From positions 133,863,496 to 133,927,495 of the forward strand of contig NC_068984.1 in the NCBI RefSeq assembly GCF_001194135.2: 64,000 nt of DNA. The letters run 5' to 3'. The position numbers were made by a program, and so were the translations under genes. Source of the DNA: Octopus bimaculoides (lineage: Eukaryota). Shown here in pieces: positions 24,001-33,340 of this stretch. Under the pieces are notes generated by a model, which worked only from the letters and a program-made list of their open reading frames with translations, ran no database searches and was not told where the DNA came from. Position 1 is the stretch's first letter. Each line of letters begins with the position of its first letter.

Positions 24001-25272
24001 GTAATTTAGTAGTTCAGCAAAAGAAACCAATAGAATATGTATCAAATTTTAAAATAATTACTAGTGGTGCCCCAGCCTGGCCACAGTCCAGTGACTGAAA
24101 CAAGTAAAAGATAAAAGATTCTTTAATGTCTCTTGTATTCTTTCTTTCTTTCTTTTATTGCTTTCATCTTCATTTTCTTGTTGTTTTCTTTTTGTTGTTG
24201 TTGTTCTGTATTTTCTTCCCTTACAATCTTCTTTCTTTACTTCACATCTTCTTCCTTCTCTTCCCACATCTTCCATTAAAAGTATAAACCAAATAATTGT
24301 TTTTTGTTTTGTTTTAATGTTTCAATCCAAAGTAGATGGAACTATAAATAATAGTATTTTTTTGTCTAAGGGGTCTTTTTAACCTGAAATTTACATATTA
24401 TTTGTAGCTTTATCAAGGCGTCAACCTGGCAGAATTGTTAGCATGCCAGGCGAAATACTTAGCAGTATTTCATCTTTCTTTACATTCTGAGTTCAAATTC
24501 TGCTGAGGTTGACTTTGACTTTCATCCTTTCAGTGTCGATAAATTAAGTACTAGTTGCATACTGGGGTCGATCTAATCAACTGGCCCCCGCCCCCAAAAT
24601 TTCAAGCCTTGTGCCTATAGTAAAAAGGATCGTTTATGCAGGGTGTCCACAAGGTTTGGGTACATGGAGTAAATAAAATCATAGCATAAACAATTAAATA
24701 TAAGAAATAATAATTTCTTAAAGTATGTGTTAATCCCCATGTGGGTACANNNNNNNNNNCAAGGTTTGGGTACATGGAGTAAATAAAATCATAGCATAAA
24801 CAATTAAATATAAGAAATAATAATTTCTTAAAGTATGTGTTAATCCCCATGTGGGTACATAAAGTAAATAAAATCATAGCACAAACAATTAATATAAGAA
24901 ATAATAATTTCTGAAAGTGTGTGTTAATCCCCATGTACCCAGACTTTGTGGACACCCTGTAGCTTTATCTGCTTTGAGTTCAACCAGTAAAAAAAACAAA
25001 AACAAAGTTCAAGTTCTCTTGAAGTTTCTAAGTTCTGATAACATTAAACTGAATAATATTTACGACCCTTTCTGCCCCCAAATGTCCATTCAGTATTGTA
25101 ACAAATGTCATGTAACTGAAACACATCTTTTCTTTTATACATTTCAGGAAGTTGTCTTTCACACCAGTTCCAGTGTAGCCAAATAGCAGAGTGCGTGCCA
25201 TTGTCTTGGAGATGTGACGGCACAAAAGAATGTACTGATGGCAGCGATGAGCTGAGCTGTCCCCAGAAATAA
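6445..25272 (+). CDS. Spliced gene (5'-incomplete) encoding at least 8 tandem LDLa modules and ending right after module 8; 8 coding exons, 1154 nt including the stop
   Basis: Eight exons bounded by AG/GT, all joined in phase 1. The first seven have lengths divisible by 3 (138, 144, 147, 171, 141, 144, 144) and the last is 125 nt to TAA. Each encodes a 6-Cys module with the DCxDxSDE-type acidic motif, and the joined frame is open throughout. Confidence 0.9.
7530..7673 (+). CDS. LDLa gene exon B (module 2): [47 protein letters not shown]
   Basis: Acceptor ttgcag|TG. The only nearby phase-1 GT donor is ATCT|gtttgt, which is weak, so the 3' boundary is less certain than the module. Confidence 0.85.
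10109..10255 (+). CDS. LDLa gene exon C (module 3): [48 protein letters not shown]
   Basis: Acceptor tttccag|CC, donor AGAG|gtaagt, 147 nt. Confidence 0.93.
13303..13396 (+). ncRNA. Type I hammerhead ribozyme motif (intronic, sense to the LDLa gene)
   Basis: CUGAUGA at 13312-13318 and GAAA at 13373-13376. Stem III is ACC/GGU with a UAUU loop, and the UA triplet end predicts cleavage after 13386. Stem I is UGGCU-a-UCU / AGA-cc-AGCCA. Stem II is GUGU/ACAU, extended by a further ~12-bp helix. Confidence 0.75.
15350..15520 (+). CDS. LDLa gene exon D (module 4): [56 protein letters not shown]
   Basis: Acceptor ttattgcag|AA, donor CAAC|gtatgt, 171 nt. Confidence 0.92.
17087..17634 (+). mobile_element. 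5'-truncated R4/Dong-type (REL-endonuclease) non-LTR retrotransposon embedded in (AAT)n
   Basis: Translates [32 protein letters not shown], then (after a gap) [34 protein letters not shown], with TAA at 17517-17519. (AAT)n flanks both sides. Confidence 0.85.
17657..17797 (+). CDS. LDLa gene exon E (module 5): [46 protein letters not shown]
   Basis: Acceptor ctttgcag|AT, donor ACAG|gtaagg, 141 nt. Confidence 0.93.
18744..18887 (+). CDS. LDLa gene exon F (module 6): [47 protein letters not shown]
   Basis: Tandem acceptor tag/cag (18741-18746), donor TTCT|gtaagt, 144 nt (141 nt with the distal AG). Confidence 0.92.
18905..19350 (-). mobile_element. Two head-to-tail copies of SINE family B (tRNA-like head, CCTTTCATCCTTTCGGGGTCGATAA core)
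   Basis: Two consecutive units of about 225 nt. The same family occurs at about 13015-13222, 16640-16855, 16900-17036, 24416-24635 and 34700-35120. Confidence 0.85.
20832..20903 (+). repeat. GC-rich 15-nt minisatellite (CCGCTCCTGCCGCTC)n beside a 715-N gap
   Basis: About 3.5 visible units grading into (CCG)/(CAC) triplets. Confidence 0.8.
23304..23447 (+). CDS. LDLa gene exon G (module 7): [47 protein letters not shown]
   Basis: Acceptor tttgttacag|GG, donor AATG|gtaaga, 144 nt. Confidence 0.93.
24639..24959. mobile_element. Tc1/mariner-type MITE (true length inflated by a gap-flanking duplication)
   Basis: TIRs CAGGGTGTCCACAAGGTTTGGGTACATGG and CCATGTACCCAGACTTTGTGGACACCCTG; TA on the right, TG on the left. 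Confidence 0.7.
25148..25272 (+). CDS. LDLa gene terminal exon H (module 8): [40 protein letters not shown]
   Basis: Acceptor atttcag|GA. In-frame TAA at 25270-25272, with no GT donor between the last Cys and the stop. Confidence 0.9.
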
Positions 25273-25447
25273 AAGACTTGTCCATCGCAATTGTGTTGTA
25301 CCATTGTCCACGTTACCTCCAAGCTACTTCTAAGTGCTTGCAGTTGGCTTGGCTCATGTAAATTGGACGGGAGAACACAGAATGGAATGGAAATGTTGCC
25401 AAATATATTACATGGGGACTTGTTAGAATACTGATACATTTTGAGAT

Positions 25448-25453
25448 AATAAA
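25448..25453 (+). terminator. Candidate polyadenylation signal of the LDLa gene
   Basis: AATAAA about 175 nt after the stop. A second AATAAA overlaps the stop (25268-25273). Confidence 0.4.
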
Positions 25454-26172
25454 CATGTGACAACTAAAGACAGAAGACAGGAAAACAGAACATGGCAAAA
25501 GATGAAAGAGCAGGTGGAGGAGGAGGAGAGGAAGAAGAAGAAGAAGGCGGAGAAGATGTCATTCAGCATGGACTTCAATTCAAATTATGCGCATTTATTA
25601 ACCACTGAGAAATGACTTCTTTGCTCTTTTCTTTGGACATATCGGATTGATCTGGCTGATCACACCGTATTTGGAATTTCTAAGATAATATCTTGTTTTT
25701 ATTTGATAGAACACAGATGTGCACACACACACACGCACAACACAAACATACATGCACAAACACACATGTACAGAAACATACATGCACAAACACACACGTA
25801 CAGACACACACAGACACACACAGACACACACACATACACACAAACATACACACACACACACACAAATCTATTTTTCCAATTCTGTGTGTGTAAGTGTATA
25901 TTTACACACATACACATATCTATCACTCTATCTATCTATCTATGTATGGCTATATATATATATATATATNNNNNNNNNNNNNNNNNNNNNNNNNNNNNNN
26001 NNNNNNNNNNNNNNNNNNNNNNNNNNNNNNNNNNNNNNNNNNNNNNNNNNNNNNNNNNNNNNNNNNNNNNNNTGGGAGAATATACAAATAATAACAACAG
26101 ACGAGGACAGGTGGTGTAAATAACAAAAGGATATATTAGTATATATATATATATACATACATACACACCACA

Positions 26173-26208
<36 letters not shown>

Positions 26209-26514
26209 TACACGCTGTTAAAGAAGTAGGTAGGTAGACATATATACATAATGAGAAATAAATATATATATGTAACAAATGAATTAAAGGGTTAATATTT
26301 GTTAATTCTTATCACAAGCTCTATTGCAACAAATGGAGTCAATTTCGTGGTATTCTATAAGACAAGTATCCATCAATGGGTGATCACTATTGGTTCAGTG
26401 GAAGGAAAACAAGAGATTTTGATACTCCTGTCTCTCCTCATATGATTAATGATGTAAGTAAAGAAGTACAATCTTCGTTTCCTCGGATTACAGCACTCAC
26501 TACGGACATAATAG

Positions 26515-26636
26515 GAGAGGGGGTGCTGAAAAGTTCCTGGCTTTAAAGGGTATTGCGAAAGGTCTGGTTGATGGCTCAACCTTCTGAGTTTCTTTTTACA
26601 GGGCTTAGAAAAACTGAAGGATTGCTGCAACAAGTG
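26515..26636. mobile_element. Possible mariner-end remnant
   Basis: GAGGGGGTGCTGAAAAGTTCCTGGCTT resembles mariner TIR starts; no partner TIR was found. Confidence 0.35.
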
Positions 26637-27268
26637 TACAGGAAAGCCGTACACATGTACAGGAAAGCCGACTTTACAGAGTGTGCTGGGTGCTCTTATG
26701 CAGCACTGGCATGGGTGCATTTATGTGGCATCTGTATGAGTACTTTTTATGTGACACCAGCACCTACAAACCCGCAGGATTAGGGATGCTCAGCTGGAGA
26801 GGGATGCAGAAGACAAGCCTGTATGCACGGATAACCATGCTTTTACTTAGCTTGGTGTATTTTCCCAAACACAGCTAAATACCATGAGTCTCGGTCCCCT
26901 GTCATCCCCTCTATGAGCCCCAGCATCTGTAGACTCACAGAAGGGATAACTGGAGACTGGAACTCCTGGAAGTTTGCTGTGTTTGCAAAAAAAAATTCCT
27001 AATTTCGTTGGAATGTAGATACATAAATTACGTGTTAATTGGATAATTATATTTATCAGCCCTTGCTTATTTAAAACAGAAACATTTTATGATGGCTTGT
27101 ACTAAATGGAAGAGTGGCTGTATGGTAAGAAGCTTGCTTCCCAACCACATTGTTCTAGGTTCTGTCCCATAGTGTGGCACCACCTTGGGCAAGTGTCTTC
27201 AAATATAGCCTTGGGCTGACCAAAGCCTTGTGAGTGGATTTGGTTGACAGAAACTGAAAGAAGCCAAT

Positions 27269-27315
<47 letters not shown>

Positions 27316-28015
27316 TTGTGTGTGTTTGTATGTCTGTGTTTGTCCCCCTAACATCGCTTGATAACCGATGTTGGTGTGTTTACATCTCCATAACTTAGCA
27401 GTTCAGCAAATGACACCGATAGTATAAGTACTAGGCTTACAAAGAATAAGTCCTGGGGTTGATTTATTTGACTAAAGGTGGTGCTCCAGCATGGCCACAG
27501 TCAAATAACTGAAACAACTAAAAGCGTAAAAGAGTGGATGAATAACCTCATAATAACAACAGTTTCAAAATAATTGTTTTTACATTCAATACAGTCATTA
27601 ACAAAATATTAATTTCCTGTATGATCATCTGAATATTTATTATTCAGCTATTTTAATATTTATGGTAATATGTATTATTAAAAATCATAATACAAATGTA
27701 TTAAGCGATGGTGGGGGGGACAAATACAGACACACAAACACACATAAGCACACACCTATTTTTTTTATGAACAACATTTTTGTTTCAGGATAAGAGAAAT
27801 TAAAAGAAAGAATAAATAACTTCATTGTATGAAATACTTTCATTTAGAAACAGTTTGTGTTGATTGGACATTGTACATAATTACAAAGATATATTAGTTG
27901 TAATAATTAAAAAAAAAAAAAAAAAAATGAACCTTCTAATTTTTAAAATTAATTATTTATTATTCATTTGTCCATACAAAATACTTTTTCTTCATTATAT
28001 AAGGCCTTTTTATTA

Positions 28016-28725
28016 TAATAATAATAATAATAATANNNNNNNNNNNNNNNNNNNNNNNNNNNNNNNNNNNNNNNNNNNNNNNNNNNNNNNNNNNNNNNNN
28101 NNNNNNNNNNNNNNNNNNNNNNNNNNNNNNNNNNNNNNNNNNNNNNNNNNNNNNNNNNNNNNNNNNNNNNNNNNNNNNNNNNNNNNNNNNNNNNNNNNNN
28201 NNNNNNNNNNNNNNNNNNNNNNNNNNNNNNNNNNNNNNNNNNNNNNNNNNNNNNNNNNNNNNNNNNNNNNNNNNNNNNNNNNNNNNNNNNNNNNNNNNNN
28301 NNNNNNNNNNNNNNNNNNNNNNNNNNNNNNNNNNNNNNNNNNNNNNNNNNNNNNNNNNNNNNNNNNNNNNNTACCTATTGTCATAGGTGCCCTGGGAATG
28401 ACAGCGAAACGGGCTGATTACTACCTAGCTCAGATACCAGGAAACCCCAAAATGGCTGAAGTCCAAAAGATAGTGCTCATGGGAACTGCCCATATCCTAC
28501 GTAAAATACTGTCTATGTGATCTCAAATTTTAAAGCAAACATAATTTTCTTATGGTTTCTTAAACATTCACTTGAACAAAACTGTACAAATCCAAATATA
28601 TGGTACCCTAGGCATAACACCTACATGAACTTCTAACTTGTTGTCTCTTGAGGTCTCTGGGTGAGACTTGGATCCAACTTGTACAAATGCAAAACAAAAG
28701 TCAAACATAAAATAATAATAATAAT
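28016..28725 (+). mobile_element. Second R4/Dong-type 3' fragment flanked by (AAT)n (partly in an N-gap)
   Basis: [28 protein letters not shown] with TGA at 28518-28520. Its 3'UTR differs from the 17 kb copy. (AAT)n at 28016-28035 and 28711-28725. Confidence 0.8.
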
Positions 28726-30215
28726 TTAAGTACATGGCCAACAATTTTGAGGGGAGGGGGAATAGTCAGTACCATTGACACCAATATTTGACTTAAACTT
28801 TATTAGATATGACTTTCCCAAATGATGCAATTGATCAACATATAGTGTACTTCACCTGCTATTTTCACCATCTTATTATTCTTGATGGTCCATCTAACTT
28901 CCTTGCCTGCATATATCCTAAATTACTTGTTTTGACCACGCTTCTGTTACCTTGGTGTAGGCCTGTGGACTCTCTCTGTCTCCTTATTCAACCTTTCATA
29001 ATACCATTTCCATACCTCCTCCCCACTCATTTTTTTTTTTTGTTTCAGCAAAGGCAAATGTGTTGTTATCTGCACACACAATGGGGTCAAATCCTGAATC
29101 ACGTGGTTGCAAAGCCAACTTATGTTTTACTTAAATTCTTCCTCCAGGAATTTTAACAGAAGCCACTTAATAATTCAGGATGTAGAGACAAAAGTGATTC
29201 TCATTTGAAAACATAAATATATGCATTCCCTTCTTCTTCTTCTCTCTCTCTCTCTCTCTCTCTCTCCCTCTGTGCTTATTTCTCTTGGTACAAGTCTATG
29301 TACATGACTGTATATATTATTGCTACTTTTTTTTTCGATTAGCCCCGGAGCAATTCTGATTGAAGTAGTCCAATGACAAAATGTGTTTTTGACATAAACA
29401 TCACTTGTTCCATCTATTATTCAGATACAGCCTATCTAGGATGTGAATGCACATGTATTAGAGAGAGGGGGTAGGGAAAAAGAGAGAGAAGGAGAGAGAG
29501 AGAGAGAGAGAAGGAGAGAGAGAGAGAGAGAGAGAGAAGGAGAGAGAGAGAGAGAGAAGGAGAGAGAGAGAAGGAGAGAGAGAGAGATTTACATAGCTTA
29601 AGTGTACTAATTATCTGGCTCTATTCATAATATTCAATTAATATCTTCTATCTCTCTTTGAAGAGATTGAAGAAAATTTAATTATTAAAAATTAATCAGC
29701 ATACAAATGCATGTATAAGTGTAGACAGCTGTCATATATTATATTAGCATTCAATAATTTTATCAAGCCATAGTGAGTATTTCATTAGAAAATCTAGTAA
29801 GAGTCAACATATTAGATCCAGATCAGGTTTTTGACTTCATGCATTTAATTGCTTATGATTAGTTTGTGTGGAGGTGCATGCTAAGTGGTTAGGGCATTCA
29901 GTTCATGATTATAACATTGTGAGTTCGATTTCTGGTAGTGTGTTGTGACCTTGAGCAAGACACTTTATTTCACATTGCTCCAGTTCACTCAGCCGGCAGA
30001 ATTGAGTAGTACTTGTATTTCAAAGAGCCAGCCTTGTTACATTTTGTGTCACCGAATCTCACTGAGAACCATGTTGAGGGTACATGTGTCTGTGGAGTAC
30101 TCAGCAACTTGCATGTTAGTTTCATGAGTAGGCTGTTCCATTGATTGGATGAATAAGAACCCGTGTCATCATAACTAATAGAATACCAGCTTTATTTACA
30201 TTATTTACATTTATA

Positions 30216-30631
30216 GGTGTAGGAGTGGCTGTGTAATAAGTAGCTTGCTTACGAACCACATGGTTCCGGGATTCAGTCCCACTGCGTGGCACCTTGGGCA
30301 AGTGTCTTCTACTATAGTTTCGGGCCGACCAAAGCCTTGTGAGTGGATTTGGTAGACGGAAACTGAAAGAAGCCTGTCGTATATATATGTATATATATGT
30401 GTGTGTGTGTATGTTTGTGTGTCTGCGTTTGTCCCCCTAGCATTGCTTGACAACCAATTCTGGTATGTTTATGTCCCCGTCATTTAGCGGTTCAGCAAAA
30501 GAGGCCAATAGAATAAGTACTAGGCTTACAAAGAATAAGTCCCGAGGTCGATTTTCTCGACTAAGGGCGGTGCTCCAGCATGGCCACAGTCAAATGACTG
30601 AAACAAGTAAAAGAGTAAAAGAGTAAAAGAG
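30216..30631 (+). mobile_element. tRNA-derived SINE, family A (internal (TA)n/(TG)n tract, GTAAAAGA tail); representative copy
   Basis: Near-identical head and tail recur at about 27112-27534, 32988-33514, 54950-55375 and 61975-62345 (+), at 48583-48790 and 58580-58990 (-), and as partial copies at 5750 and 13825. Confidence 0.85.
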
Positions 30632-31670
30632 TCTGCTTCTCAGCCCAGTCGAACCTTGGTTATAAGTACTTGGCAAACAGGGACAAAATAACGTGAGATA
30701 GCTTCCTTGAAAGCAACTTTCCTCTCTCTAAAAATTCTCACCTCATTGCTGAAAGCAGGGAAAATTCTCTTATTTATTGATAGAAAGAAGTTCAACAGGC
30801 ATTTGATTTTGCCATGCTGGTTAGTGTATCGCACAATGCAATTGGATACAAAACTGTATCCTGTGTAAAACTAGACCAATCCAAGAAATAGACTCAGTCA
30901 CGACTGGTTTATGTGACCAATCGATAGGAACATGAAGGATGAGCTGATTTCTGACTATTTAACCATAACCAAGCAGTTTATAACAACAGTCTCGCTACAG
31001 AGTCATTCTCATTCCCATCCAGGTGTATCTGGAAAATATGGCTTATCTTTTATCTTTTAGTTGTTACAGTCCTTGGACTACGGCTATGCTGGGGCACTAC
31101 CTTGAAGGACTTAGTCAAACAAATCTACTCCAGGACTTATTTTTCAGTTTAGAACCTATTTTATTGGTTCCTTTTGCCAAACTACTAAATAACAGGATGT
31201 AAAACAAGCCAACACTAGTTGTGAAGCAGTGGTGGGGGACAAACGCACACACACACACACACACACACAAAGACACACACACACACACACACGCACACAA
31301 AGACACACACACACACACAAAGACACACACACACACACACAAAGACACACACACACNNNNNNNNNNAGACACACACACACACACACAAAGACACACACAC
31401 ACACAAAGACACACACACACACACAAAGACACACACACACACACACACAAATAGAGATATACATATACATATATGCGTGTATGAGTGAGTGTGCATGTCT
31501 GTGTGTGTGTGTGTGTGTGTGTGAGTATGTATAAATGTGTGTTTGTGTCTTCCCATTGACTCGACAGTGTTTGTACACTCCATAAAAACAAAATCAAAGC
31601 CATCAAATAGATGGCTTTAGATTATAGCTGCAGAGGAGACGTCTTGTATTATACTGACCACTTTGTCGGT

Positions 31671-31705
<35 letters not shown>

Positions 31706-31924
31706 GAGGAAATCGTATCAAGTATCTTTCTTAGAAATGAGTGAGGGTTGGCAACAAGAAGAGTGTCTGACCGTGGAAAAATTTTGTTTAACCCTTTCGT
31801 CACCAACCCGGCTGAATAAGTACTAGGCTTACAAAGAATAAGTCCTGGGGTTAATTTGCTTGACTAAAGGCGGTGCTCCAGGATGACCACAGTCAAATGA
31901 CTGAAACAGGTAAAAGAGTAAATG

Positions 31925-32065
31925 AGTATTCAATGGATATTTGTCCTCACCATGTTTGTTGTTAACACAACATTTCGGGTGATATACCCTCCAGCCTTCT
32001 TCAGGTGTCTTGGGGAAATTTCAAACCTGGGTTCTCATTCCTAAGGTATTTTTCGATGTTGTTGT
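31925..32065 (-). mobile_element. Penelope-like element terminal (pseudo-LTR) fragment containing a decayed minimal hammerhead
   Basis: The - strand reads gacac CTGAAGA a ggctg-gagggtatat-caccc GAAA tgtt gtgtt, the layout typical of Penelope-type minimal hammerheads. Confidence 0.6.
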
Positions 32066-33152
32066 TATTATTATTGTGCAAATGTCTTGTTTTCATAAGT
32101 TTTGTATTAATATCTTCCACCAAACCTTAGTCACACTAGCTGAATGATAACTAAGTTATTTTACTAAATTCTTTGTTATATTTAAAGTAATTGAAAGAAA
32201 CAGAGACCATCTCAAAATAAATACAGTAACGAAAGGGTTAACCAATGTTAGCAGTGGGGGGGGGGAGCAGCATTAAAATGGTGAGGATGACAATGACGAT
32301 GAGGACAAAGACAATGACAACAGCGATGATGATGATGATGATGATGATGCCACCGCCAGTGATGATGATGATGTTGATGGTGGTGATGATGATGATGTTG
32401 ATGGTGGTGATGATGATGATGTTGAATGTGGTGATGATGATGATGGCTGCATGAGTTTAAGGCATACAAATGGTAGTAAATATACTCTGTACATGTAGTA
32501 GAGTTCAATAATATAGACATGCAGTTTTGTAGTTTAGATAAGCCTAAACGACAGGTGTGATGGTACCTTTGTGAAAGAGATTAAGCGTATGGTTATTATA
32601 TAAAGATGTAATCAGCAAAGCCAAGGTCTTGGCAAAGATATATTATCTTATAAGGAAAGTGGGAAATAGTTAAAATAAACAACAGTAGAAACAAATAAGT
32701 TCTGATTGTGCCGAAACCTTTGGTTTTTAGATTTTTTAGACAAAAAAAGACAGGTGTCTTTGGTGTTTATACACCACTATCAATGCTGCCACCACCACTG
32801 CTGTGGTTGCCACCACCATCATCACTACTACCACTGCAGTTACATGTAACTTAGACTACTTTTAATATTTAACCCTTTAACATTCAAACTGGCCATATCT
32901 GGGCCAAATATTCTACCAGTTTTATGTTGAAATGAGCCAGATCAAGCCTCTCACACTTACCCTACAATGTCGTTCTAAAAATATACAGGTGCAGGAGTGG
33001 CTGTGTGGTAAGTAGCTTGCTTACCAACCACATGGTTCCGGGTTCAATCCCACTGTGTAGCATCTTGGGCAAGTGTCTTCTACTATAGCCTCAGGCCGAC
33101 CAAAGCCTTGTGAGTGGATTTGGTAGACGGAAACTGAAAGAAGCCCGTCGTA

Positions 33153-33183
<31 letters not shown>

Positions 33184-33304
33184 NNNNNNNNNNNNNNNNN
33201 NNNNNNNNNNNNNNNNNNNNNNNNNNNNNNNNNNNNNNNNNNNNNNNNNNNNNNNNNNNNNNNNNNNNNNNNNNNNNNNNNNNNNNNNNNNNNNNNNNNN
33301 NNNN

Positions 33305-33340
<36 letters not shown>

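Noticed and set aside
26319-26453. Exon-like segment ending GAT|gtaagt (LYCNKWSQFRGIL*DKYPSMGDHYWFSGRK...)
   Set aside because: It has an in-frame TAA at 26358-26360, no recognisable domain, and lies downstream of the LDLa stop and poly(A) signal.
11700-31400. Direct duplications flanking 10-N gaps (11762-11771, 12652-12661, 24750-24759, 31357-31366)
   Set aside because: The same sequence on both sides of a fixed 10-N spacer indicates unmerged contig overlaps, i.e. assembly artefacts.
1279-32520. Poly-His, poly-Ser, poly-Met, HT/CV-repeat ORFs (e.g. 1358-1570, 19465-19843, 31115-31606, 32245-32520)
   Set aside because: These are translations of (CAT)n, (CAC)n and (CA)n tracts, open in several frames and on both strands, with no splice or domain support.
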